Source: a bacterium (GTDB taxonomy: Bacteria; Bacillota_I; Bacilli_A; RFN20; CAG-826). Taken from it: a DNA stretch of 64,000 bases. Positions within the stretch are counted from its first letter, which is position 1, and each line of letters begins with the position of its first letter. The stretch lies in contig CAVFGR010000018.1 of the NCBI GenBank assembly GCA_963622135.1, positions 5,185 through 69,184 of the forward strand, read 5' to 3'. Made by a program: the position numbers and the translations under genes. Under the pieces are notes generated by a model, which saw only the letters and a list, made by a program, of their open reading frames with translations, was not told where the DNA came from and did not search any database. Shown piece by piece: positions 50,132 through 58,015 of this stretch.

Positions 50132-50428
50132 TTAATATTCCTCCGAGTGTTCAAATATCGCCTTGATGATGGTTAAGACGTGCTCGTCATCCAAACGATA
50201 GAAAACCTGTCTTCCGACTTGGTTATAAGAAATCAAATGCGCGCTTTTCAAATCTTTTAATGCGTGCGAGACGAGAGACTGAGACAATCCCGATTCTTCT
50301 GAAATGGCGTTAACGGATTTCTCGCCATGAGAAAGGACATAAAGAATCTCTAATTTTGAAGTGCCAGACATAGCCTTCAAAATGGTGGACACCTTATTCA
50401 ATTGTTTGGTGGTTAATTCTTCGCTCAT
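50132..50428 (-). CDS. ArsR/SmtB-family metal-responsive repressor (CzrA-like alpha5 site)
   Basis: 98 aa with an ArsR HTH (SVNAISEESGLSQSLVSHALKDLKSAHLI). A C-terminal D-x-H-x10-H-x2-E pattern (DDEHVLTIIKAIFEHSEE) matches the alpha5 Zn/Co site. Its stop is 1 nt from the ATPase start. Confidence 0.7.
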   Translation of the reverse strand: MSEELTTKQLNKVSTILKAMSGTSKLEILYVLSHGEKSVNAISEESGLSQSLVSHALKDLKSAHLISYNQVGRQVFYRLDDEHVLTIIKAIFEHSEEY

Positions 50429-50462
50429 ATGAAAACTCCTTCATATTTTCTGCCCTTATTCT

Positions 50463-50510
50463 ATATGCCTTTATGCATATTGCAATAAAAATATGAAAAA
50501 ATGTTCATAT
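50463..50510. promoter_or_regulatory. Two inverted repeats (candidate ArsR-type operators) upstream of the regulator gene
   Basis: ATATGC-N6-GCATAT (50463-50480) and ATATGAA-N6-TTCATAT (50491-50510). The second contains the TGAA...TTCA core typical of ArsR/SmtB operators. They lie 35-80 nt upstream of the regulator start. Confidence 0.4.
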
Positions 50511-50558
50511 ATTTATAAAAAAGAAAGGCGGGATGTGATTTTTCTCGCCTGTTTCTTA

Positions 50559-51113
50559 TTAAGCTTTTTCGATTTCGGAGAAGTCGACATCGACTGGGGT
50601 GACACGGCCGAAGAAGGTGGTTTCGACACGGACAAGTCCAGTTTCGCGATCGATGGAGGTGATGACACCTTCGGTATCTTCGAGAGCACCATGGATGATC
50701 TTGACCTTATCACCGACGTGATAGTAATCATACATCGCGGAGTCGATAAGACCCATTCTCTTAAGAACCGGTTCAATCTCTTCACGAGAGACTGGGGTTG
50801 GCTTCTGACCACCGCCAGAAGAACCGATGATACCAGTGACGCCCGGGGTATTACGGACGATGTACCAAGATTCGTCGGTCATGATCATTTCGACGAAGAT
50901 ATAGCCAGGGTAGAAGTTCTTCATTCTGGTTTTGCCGGTTGGGAGACCGTCCTTAAGGACTGGTTCTTCATGTTCGGCAACCAAAACACGGAGGATATAA
51001 TCCTGCATGTTCATAGAAGAAATACGTTTGATTAAATTAGCGGCGGTTTTGGATTCATGCATCGACATGGTGGTAACCGCATACCACTGCTTCTCACTTA
51101 ACTGTGCAGCCAT
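50559..51113 (-). CDS. nusG: Transcription termination/antitermination factor NusG
   Basis: 184 aa with NGN and KOW (GDKVKIIHGALEDTEGVITSID) domains, downstream of secE. Confidence 0.95.
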   Translation of the reverse strand: MAAQLSEKQWYAVTTMSMHESKTAANLIKRISSMNMQDYILRVLVAEHEEPVLKDGLPTGKTRMKNFYPGYIFVEMIMTDESWYIVRNTPGVTGIIGSSGGGQKPTPVSREEIEPVLKRMGLIDSAMYDYYHVGDKVKIIHGALEDTEGVITSIDRETGLVRVETTFFGRVTPVDVDFSEIEKA

Positions 51114-51124
51114 TTTCTAACTCC

Positions 51125-51319
51125 TTACGCGCCAAAAGCGTTCTTAAGCTGGGAGATGATGCTATTTGCGAGCAAATCCCAGATTGCGAGGAAGACCGCA
51201 ACGAAAACGGTAATCACGATGACGGTCACGATGGCCGGCCATAATTCGTCACGCTTCGGCCAACGGATACGTTTGCCTTCTTTTACGACTTCTTTTGCGT
51301 ATTTCTTTGGTGATGTCAT
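51125..51319 (-). CDS. secE: Preprotein translocase subunit SecE
   Basis: 64 aa with a single TM, in the conserved secE-nusG position. Confidence 0.85.
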   Translation of the reverse strand: MTSPKKYAKEVVKEGKRIRWPKRDELWPAIVTVIVITVFVAVFLAIWDLLANSIISQLKNAFGA

Positions 51320-51331
51320 AAGTCGTTCCTC

Positions 51332-51481
51332 CTACTTGCTTTCCTTATGCAACGTGTGACGATTGCAGTTCGGACAGAATTTTTTAATTTCGAACCTCTC
51401 GGTTCTGTCGTTGCGCTTGGCGACAGAGTAGTTTCGGGATAGACATTCCGAGCAAATTAAAAAAACCTTTTCCCTACCCAT
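51332..51481 (-). CDS. rpmG: 50S ribosomal protein L33
   Basis: Not in the ORF track because it is under 60 aa. My manual translation is [49 protein letters not shown] (49 aa), with the C-x2-C...C-x2-C zinc ribbon of L33. It is immediately upstream of secE, as in Bacillus rpmGB. Confidence 0.8.
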   Translation of the reverse strand: MGREKVFLICSECLSRNYSVAKRNDRTERFEIKKFCPNCNRHTLHKESK

Positions 51482-51556
51482 AAATATTACACCTTAGCGT
51501 GCAAATAGAATATTCGTATTCTCTTCGCGTGTCAAGGTTAAGGCGCGTATAGAGGC

Positions 51557-52165
51557 TCAATCGACTTTCTTGACCAGTTTCTTGGCCTTTTCTAGAAAGT
51601 TCTGATAACGGGAATAGACTTGCCTATAGGTCATCTTCATAGCGGTCGCGATTTCAACAAAGCTCAACCCATTGGCTTTCATCTTGGCTATCTCCAAACT
51701 TTCCTTAGGTATGGAATTCGGCAATTCTTTTATCGCATTCAATGTTTCGTAGTAATTTACAAAATTCTTTGGGTCGTCCATCGTTCCTTCCGTTGACAAA
51801 ACATCATGAAGACAAAAATCGCCTTCGTAGCCTATGGTTGAATCTAACGACGAGACATAATGCCGATCTCTTTGGCGAGTCTGTTCGAAGCGGTTCAGAT
51901 TAAATCTCAAGGAGGTAATGTAGTAGGTATGAAACCGCACGGTCCCGAAGCGATACCCATCCAAACAAGCCCAGAAAGTCATCAAAGAAACCGACGAAAC
52001 TTCCCATAAAGAGTATTTCCTGAGGATCCCCGGGGAGGCTCGGTTGATATCGCCTTTGCGCGAGGGGCCTAAAAACCTGCGTATTAGCAACGTGTACGCT
52101 TTATTGTCTCCAGCTCTGGTCAACAAAAGAAGCTCTTCGTCAGTGAGCGGATTGAATTGATTCAT
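51557..52165 (-). CDS. sigH: Sigma-70 family sigma factor, SigH-like (divergent)
   Basis: 202 aa. Region 2 similarity to B. subtilis SigH (LTDEELLLLTRAGDNKAYTLLIRRF; FHTYYITSLRFNLNRFEQTRQRDRH vs FKAFAELCITRQIITAIKTATRQKH). Region 4 HTH LSFVEIATAMKMTYRQVYSRYQNFLEKAKKL. It is in the syntenic sigH position. Confidence 0.6.
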   Translation of the reverse strand: MNQFNPLTDEELLLLTRAGDNKAYTLLIRRFLGPSRKGDINRASPGILRKYSLWEVSSVSLMTFWACLDGYRFGTVRFHTYYITSLRFNLNRFEQTRQRDRHYVSSLDSTIGYEGDFCLHDVLSTEGTMDDPKNFVNYYETLNAIKELPNSIPKESLEIAKMKANGLSFVEIATAMKMTYRQVYSRYQNFLEKAKKLVKKVD

Positions 52166-52189
52166 AAAGTTCCTCGAATGGGGAGGAAC

Positions 52190-52909
52190 CTAGTGGTGGC
52201 GATTGTGATCGATCTGCGCAAATAGGGTGCAGGCTGCATTGCTCGCATTGAGCGAGTTCACATGTCCATACATCGGAATCTTCACAATGAAGTCTGAGTT
52301 GCGCAGAACCAACTGAGAAATGCCAAATCCCTCAGAACCGATAATGACACAGATTGGGGACTTATAATCGATGTCATCATAGTTTTGAGTGGCCAAGCCG
52401 TCAGTAGCGACAATCCAATAGCCATTATCCTTTAGGGTTTTGATGGCTTGGGAGAGGTTAGCTACTTCGCAGACCTTCACGTATTCGATTGCTCCGGTTG
52501 AGACTTTGGCCACCGTCGAATTGAGGGGAACTTGTCCTTTCTTTTTGATGATGATCCCGTCTACCCCGAAAGCGTCGGCGCTACGCAGGATAGCACCCAG
52601 GTTATGTGGATCTTCGATGCCGTCTAGCATAGCGATAAGGGGGAATTGCTTATTTTTGGCATCGTTGATAAGTTCGGAAAGGGAATAAAATTTATACTCA
52701 TCAACTTCGGCCACATAACCTTGGGTGAACTTGGTCTGGGCAAGCTTTTCTAGCTCCATATCAGAGACATATTTTACCTTTGCGCCTTGGGAGGCCAATT
52801 TAATGGCGAATGAATCGGACTTAAGGCGTTCGGCAACATAGAGCGTCTTGACATGATTAGCGTTGACAGCCGCTTCCACAGGGTTCTTCCCATATACGAT
52901 GTTACTCAT
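52190..52909 (-). CDS. rlmB: 23S rRNA (Gm2251) 2'-O-methyltransferase, TrmH/SpoU family
   Basis: 239 aa with SpoU motifs GNLGAILRSADAFGV and IGSEGFGIS, in the syntenic position (B. subtilis yacO). Confidence 0.8.
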   Translation of the reverse strand: MSNIVYGKNPVEAAVNANHVKTLYVAERLKSDSFAIKLASQGAKVKYVSDMELEKLAQTKFTQGYVAEVDEYKFYSLSELINDAKNKQFPLIAMLDGIEDPHNLGAILRSADAFGVDGIIIKKKGQVPLNSTVAKVSTGAIEYVKVCEVANLSQAIKTLKDNGYWIVATDGLATQNYDDIDYKSPICVIIGSEGFGISQLVLRNSDFIVKIPMYGHVNSLNASNAACTLFAQIDHNRHH

Positions 52910-53042
52910 GTTTTTTGCTCCTTAAGATACGATTATTTCTATTTAATGATTGACTAATATTTCATCAATTGAATGGAATTCACCAACAAGTTGGTCATTT
53001 CATTAAATTGAAGTATGACATTTAGCGGAATGTTGTCAGGGC

Positions 53043-54389
53043 TTAAAAGATTCCGCGTTCGATTAATTTTCCACGGATTTCGTCGGATTTGGCGAAGTCC
53101 TTGTTTGCTTTGGCTTCGTTATATTCTTTGTATAAGACTATGTCTTCGTCGTTAAGATGAGGAATGTTTAAAGTAATTCCAAGCATCTCGCAGGAATCCA
53201 TAACGAGGCTCAATGTAGATTTCAATTTTTCAACATCAATAGGTCTGGTACGGAAAGCCATATTGAGTTCTTTGTTTTGTTCATACAATGCGGTTAAAGC
53301 GTTAGGAGTGTTCAAATCTTCGCATAAGGCATCCAAAACTTTGTTTTCTTCTGGCTTTGCCAGTTTGTCGATATCGACTCCTTCAAGTTGCAATTGGACG
53401 GCGACCATCTTAGTCGATTGGACAAGCTGTTGGTATTTCTTTTGAGCTTCTTTAATGGTCTCTTCGGAGAAAGCCGCCGGAGCGCGATAATGAGCCGCCA
53501 AAATCATCATCCTGAAAGGGATGCCGCCATACTGTTTGACGACGTCTTTCATCAATATGACATTGCCTAAAGATTTAGACATCTTCTCATTGTCGACGTT
53601 GATAAAGCCATTATGCATCCAATAGTTGGCTAATTTATTGTGGTTATGAGCTTTAGCTTGAGCCATCTCATTCTCGTGGTGAGGGAATTTGAGGTCGAAG
53701 CCGCCGCCATGAATATCGATTAAACCGCCTTGGTCTTTGAAGATGGAATTGATCATCACGCAGCATTCGGTATGCCAGCCAGGTCTTCCTTCTCCCCAAG
53801 GAGAAGACCATTTAATGCCATCATTGGTTTCTTTCCAAATGGCAAAATCGATAGGATCCTTTTTCTTTTCGTTGATATTGATACGGGCCCCAGATTCCAA
53901 ATCTTCGACGGAGTTACCCGATAACTCGCCGTAGTTAGGAATGTCGGTCACTTTTAAGTAAACATCGCCATCCACATCATAGGCCGCTCCGCTCTTAACA
54001 AGATCCTCAACATATTGGAGGATTTGGGGCATATAAACGGTCGGCGTCGGAGTTTCATCGGGCTGCATTGAGCCGACTTCCGAAACCAAACGACGATATT
54101 CCTCGATGACGGAAGTGGTCAATTCCTTTTCGGTAATGCCCAATTCTTTGGCACGATTGATGATTTTGTCATCGACGTCAGTGTAATTGGAAACGAATTT
54201 AACGTCATACCCGATGCGTTTTAACGTCCTACGGAGAACATCAAAAACGATAACCGGACGGAAGTTGCCAATATGCGGGTCGTTATAAACGGTCGGTCCG
54301 CAGCAATAAATGGAAACCTTATTAGGAATGATCGGCTTAAACTCTTCGAGTTTGTTGCCTAATGAATTATAGATAGTCAGCTTTTTCAT
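53043..54389 (-). CDS. cysS: Cysteine--tRNA ligase
   Basis: 448 aa with class I motifs HIGN (PHIGNFRP) and KMSKS (KMSKSLGN), and zinc-binding Cys residues. Confidence 0.95.
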   Translation of the reverse strand: MKKLTIYNSLGNKLEEFKPIIPNKVSIYCCGPTVYNDPHIGNFRPVIVFDVLRRTLKRIGYDVKFVSNYTDVDDKIINRAKELGITEKELTTSVIEEYRRLVSEVGSMQPDETPTPTVYMPQILQYVEDLVKSGAAYDVDGDVYLKVTDIPNYGELSGNSVEDLESGARININEKKKDPIDFAIWKETNDGIKWSSPWGEGRPGWHTECCVMINSIFKDQGGLIDIHGGGFDLKFPHHENEMAQAKAHNHNKLANYWMHNGFINVDNEKMSKSLGNVILMKDVVKQYGGIPFRMMILAAHYRAPAAFSEETIKEAQKKYQQLVQSTKMVAVQLQLEGVDIDKLAKPEENKVLDALCEDLNTPNALTALYEQNKELNMAFRTRPIDVEKLKSTLSLVMDSCEMLGITLNIPHLNDEDIVLYKEYNEAKANKDFAKSDEIRGKLIERGIF

Positions 54390-54410
54390 GGCTTAATTCT
54401 AACACGTACA

Positions 54411-54443
54411 CGCAAAAAGAAAACCACGGCACAAGCCGTGGCT
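54411..54443 (-). terminator. Rho-independent terminator of fba
   Basis: On the minus strand: CCACGGC-TTGT-GCCGTGG (7 bp perfect stem) followed by TTTTCTTTTTGCG. Confidence 0.6.
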
Positions 54444-54462
54444 TACTTCAAAGATTGTGTAA

Positions 54463-55410
54463 TTACTTAGTGACGGCCTTGCCTTCGGAATGGAGGTAGC
54501 CTTTGATCTTGCTTTCAACCAAAGCGGTGATGGCATCAAGACCCGGGGTGAAAAGGGAACGGAGATCATAGATTTCCGGATGTTCCTTCATGACCTTACG
54601 CATATTGCCGGTGAAGGCGACGCGGAGGTCGGTGCCGACGTTGATTTTGCCAACGCCACGTCTGCAAGCTTCTTCGAGCATGCTTTCTGGGACGCCAATG
54701 GCGGCTGGCATATTGCCACCGTTATCGTTGATTAAGGCTAAAGCGTCCTGTGGGACGGAGGAAGCGCCATGTAAAACGAGTGGGAAACCTGGAAGTTTGG
54801 CTTCGATTTCATCCAAGATGTCGAAACGAAGTTGTGGTTTGGTTCCTGGTTTGAACTTGTAAGCGCCGTGGGCGGTACCAATAGCGATGGCCAAGCTATC
54901 GATGCCGGTGCGTTTGACAAAGTCAACAGCCTCATCTGGGTGGGTGAAGCAGCCATATTTGTCATCGACGTTAACATCATCTTCGATGCCGGCGATGGCG
55001 CCTAATTCGGATTCGACGACGACACCACGAGCGTGGGCGTATTCGACGACTTCCTGAGTAGCTTTGATGTTCTCTTCATATGGGAGAGCAGAAGCGTCGA
55101 TCATGACAGAGGTGAAACCAGCGTCGACGGCCTGTTTGCAGATTTCGACGCTCTTGCCGTGGTCTAAGTGCAAGCAGAATTCAGCATTTGGGAATTCCTT
55201 GGCGGCGATGTCAGCGACAGCTCTGATGTAGAGTGGGTTCATGAATTTCCAAGCACCGCTGGAAACCATGATGATGACAGGGGCTTTGAGGTTGTCCGCA
55301 GCACGGAGGATAGCACGCATAACATCGATGTTATCGAAGTTAAAAGCACCAATGCCGTATTTGCCTTCGATGGCGCGGCGGTACATTTCTTTTGAAGTTA
55401 CTAATGGCAT
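54463..55410 (-). CDS. fba: Class II fructose/tagatose-bisphosphate aldolase, paralogue 1
   Basis: 315 aa with the class II aldolase signature (HLDHGKS ... GFTSVMIDAS ... VVVESELG ... AIAIGTAHGAYK ... LVLHGASSVP). Confidence 0.9.
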   Translation of the reverse strand: MPLVTSKEMYRRAIEGKYGIGAFNFDNIDVMRAILRAADNLKAPVIIMVSSGAWKFMNPLYIRAVADIAAKEFPNAEFCLHLDHGKSVEICKQAVDAGFTSVMIDASALPYEENIKATQEVVEYAHARGVVVESELGAIAGIEDDVNVDDKYGCFTHPDEAVDFVKRTGIDSLAIAIGTAHGAYKFKPGTKPQLRFDILDEIEAKLPGFPLVLHGASSVPQDALALINDNGGNMPAAIGVPESMLEEACRRGVGKINVGTDLRVAFTGNMRKVMKEHPEIYDLRSLFTPGLDAITALVESKIKGYLHSEGKAVTK

Positions 55411-55478
55411 TTGAGAATCTCCTTAAATTAGCATTTACTATTGTAAGCGGATACACGTCTATTACAAATTAAGCGTTT

Positions 55479-55496
55479 ATTGTAAGTGTTTACAAT
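55479..55496. promoter_or_regulatory. Perfect inverted repeat ATTGTAA-N4-TTACAAT in the divergent fba/phosphatase intergenic region
   Basis: Seen directly. Related half-sites (TATTGTAAGCG at 55439-55449, TTACAAATT) recur upstream. They overlap the likely TTGTAA-16-TACAAT promoter of fba on the minus strand. Confidence 0.4.
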
Positions 55497-55542
55497 TCAA
55501 CTTAGGTTAGGAAAAGCCAAACAGTTTGTCTATACTACCAAT

Positions 55543-56331
55543 ATGGACTACACGAAGATTCACTTATTGAATTTCCGCGACCTTGGCGGTTTGAAAACTA
55601 AAGATGGCAGGTCTGTGAAAAGTGGCTTGCTATTTAGGAGCGCCCAGCCTGCTTTGAATCTCGATAGCGAATCAATCGCCGGAATCGAAGAACTTAATTT
55701 GGATACCATCTTTGATTTGCGCGATCCTAAATGCATCAAAGGCCGAGTCGATTATCAATTTAAATATACCGAATATGTCAATCTATCTGTTCTTGGGGAA
55801 ATAGACGACAAATTCAGAATGGGCGAGTTGGATTTCGATGCGATTGACGTCGCGAATTGGGATTATGTAAACCCAACCGTCAAGGATTTCCGTCACAAAT
55901 ACAGAGAATATTTAAAACTATATGAGGAAATCCCTTTTTCCAACGCCTTTGCCAAAATATTTGAAGCGTTAGATAGACATGAGAAAATCCTCGTTCATTG
56001 CCAAGGAGGCAAGGATCGAACGGGCATCTTCTTCTTTATTTTATTAAAGGCTTTAGGAGTCAATGAAAATGACATTCTAAAAGACTTTTTCCTCTCTAAT
56101 GTCGCTCGCAAAGAAAAGAACAAATTAAGAATCAAAGAAGCGTATGAAAGAAGCGGGAAGATTTACTGCGCCCACTATATGGAGAGGCTCATCGTCGTTA
56201 GAAAGAAATATTACAAGTTATCGATGGATTCGATATTAAAACATTACAAAACATTCGATGACTTCTTGTTAATGCATTTTCACATAACGCCAGAACGTTT
56301 GAAAAATTGGAAGGATTTCTACCTAGGATAA
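55543..56331 (+). CDS. Protein tyrosine/serine phosphatase (Y_phosphatase3-like)
   Basis: CX5R active-site motif HCQGGKDRTG. The start is taken as the ATG at 55543 (MDYTKIHLLNFRDLGG, the typical N-terminus of this family). A TATACT -10 lies 7 nt upstream, so the mRNA may be leaderless. The ORF track begins at a GTG at 55486 inside the palindrome. Confidence 0.7.
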   Translation: MDYTKIHLLNFRDLGGLKTKDGRSVKSGLLFRSAQPALNLDSESIAGIEELNLDTIFDLRDPKCIKGRVDYQFKYTEYVNLSVLGEIDDKFRMGELDFDAIDVANWDYVNPTVKDFRHKYREYLKLYEEIPFSNAFAKIFEALDRHEKILVHCQGGKDRTGIFFFILLKALGVNENDILKDFFLSNVARKEKNKLRIKEAYERSGKIYCAHYMERLIVVRKKYYKLSMDSILKHYKTFDDFLLMHFHITPERLKNWKDFYLG

Positions 56332-56335
56332 GGTC

Positions 56336-56366
56336 GCTGACCTTATCTTTTTTTATGATTCCGCGT
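56336..56366 (+). terminator. Rho-independent terminator of the phosphatase gene
   Basis: GGATAAGGTC-GCTG-GACCTTATC (9 bp perfect stem) followed by TTTTTTTATG. Confidence 0.65.
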
Positions 56367-56532
56367 CCATCACCCATTGCCCACGCGTTTTTTTATGTTG
56401 GACATTTATAGAGCAAATTGTGTATCCTATATGTAACCACATATAAGGTAGCTTGCTATTCCACAACCTGTAAATGGTGTGCTATTGGCAGATTTGCCTT
56501 ACATACAATATCTTTTTTCAAGGAGGTAAAAA

Positions 56533-57921
56533 ATGAAAAAAGGTGCAAAATTAGGAGTCCTCTTAGTCTTAGCAGGCTCCGCCATCGCAATGTCTTCCTG
56601 CGGGCCAGACAACACGGTCGACCTTGAAGGTACCGCTCTTGCCGCTTCCGAAGCCAGCAAGATGACCATCGATGAACTCAAGGCCGAGTCCAAAAAAGAA
56701 TTCGAAGCTCAGCCAAATGAAAAATTCAAAGTCGTCGGATTGACTTCCGCTTTGAAGAAAGTTGCTACCGCCGTCGCTGGTCAGTGCGATTGGATCCACT
56801 ATGATGATGCCGAAACCGACAACATCGACGTCAATAACGGCTATAAGGACGCCGCTTTGTTAACCGCCTTACAGGCCGCTGACAAAACTTACGTTGCCGA
56901 CTATGTCTTAGCCCAGGACGCCCGTTCCTTCGCTACTTTGGTCGAAGACGGCATTCTCTACAACTACTCTCCAAAAGACAAAGCCGCCATTGGCTTGGCC
57001 GATGAAGACTGCAACCCACTTAAGGGCATCCACTTCAACAAATTGTTCTGGACCAACACCAACTTCGAAGCCGTCAACGGATTCAAGCTTTACAACATCT
57101 GGCAGATGACCACCGCTGCGAAGGACGCCAATAAGTCCGACGCCATCACCAAGGTCTCATTCCAGTCCCCAGAAACCGAACAAATCAACATGTCCTTCTT
57201 GCTCTCCGCTATGAATCCAAAAGAGCAAGACAGAATCAAAGCCGCTTATAAGAATTACTTCGGCGAAGATTGGAAAGCCTCTGCTGAATACACTTCCGCT
57301 GGCGAGCAATGGCTCTATCAATTCCTTGCCACCATTTCCAATTGGCATCCTTCTGACGGCACTGCTATGAAAGAAACCCAAATCAAGTCTGACTGGAAAG
57401 CTGGCGTCGTCTACTATGGCGCTTTCGCCAAGATGAAAGACGCCGTTGACAAGACCTATGATGTCGACCTCAACGGCGATGGTGATACCACCGACGAAGG
57501 AGTCCAAGTCACTTGCGATGGCAAGACCTATACTTATAACGAAACCGGCATCAACGCCATGGACACCGTTAAGTGGGATTGGGCCATCGATGGCTTCAAT
57601 GGCTTCATGTATTGCATGGATTCCCAGATCATCAACAACGCCAAGTTCCCATACACCGCCGCTTTATTCGCCCGTATCTTGTTAGAAGAAAGCACCTACA
57701 CTTCTGCTATCTACAACAAGAGCACCCCGGATGCCGACGGCAACGCAGCTAACCAGTATGGTTATTATTACCCAGGCACCGCTTCCTCTTCCTTCAAGTA
57801 CGCCAAAGGCGACTGGACCAAAGAGCAGCATAAAGAAAAAGAGCTTAACGAAGACTTCGAATATTTAAAAGGCGTTACAGAAGCCACCGTTAACAAGATC
57901 ATTGCTAAGGTTACCAAATAG
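56533..57921 (+). CDS. Lipoprotein, probable substrate-binding component of the downstream ABC importer
   Basis: 462 aa, lipobox LAGSAIAMSSCGPDN, with an AAGGAGG RBS. It is the first gene of an SBP / fused-permease / ATPase operon. Confidence 0.5.
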   Translation: MKKGAKLGVLLVLAGSAIAMSSCGPDNTVDLEGTALAASEASKMTIDELKAESKKEFEAQPNEKFKVVGLTSALKKVATAVAGQCDWIHYDDAETDNIDVNNGYKDAALLTALQAADKTYVADYVLAQDARSFATLVEDGILYNYSPKDKAAIGLADEDCNPLKGIHFNKLFWTNTNFEAVNGFKLYNIWQMTTAAKDANKSDAITKVSFQSPETEQINMSFLLSAMNPKEQDRIKAAYKNYFGEDWKASAEYTSAGEQWLYQFLATISNWHPSDGTAMKETQIKSDWKAGVVYYGAFAKMKDAVDKTYDVDLNGDGDTTDEGVQVTCDGKTYTYNETGINAMDTVKWDWAIDGFNGFMYCMDSQIINNAKFPYTAALFARILLEESTYTSAIYNKSTPDADGNAANQYGYYYPGTASSSFKYAKGDWTKEQHKEKELNEDFEYLKGVTEATVNKIIAKVTK

Positions 57922-58015
57922 CAATCCATCAACCCGCTAATTAATTAGCATTACTCAACGGGGATTATGGAGTTTCCCACAATCCCCGTTATTACTTTCT
58001 AAAAAGGAGAAACTT

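Noticed and set aside
54590-54862. Plus-strand ORF whose translation closely matches the minus-strand ORF 63152-63517 (shared ASCGTEEAPCKTSGKPGSL)
   Set aside because: Both are antisense-frame readings of the two homologous aldolase genes, which lie in opposite orientation. The similarity reflects the inverted DNA repeat noted in the findings, not a real protein family.
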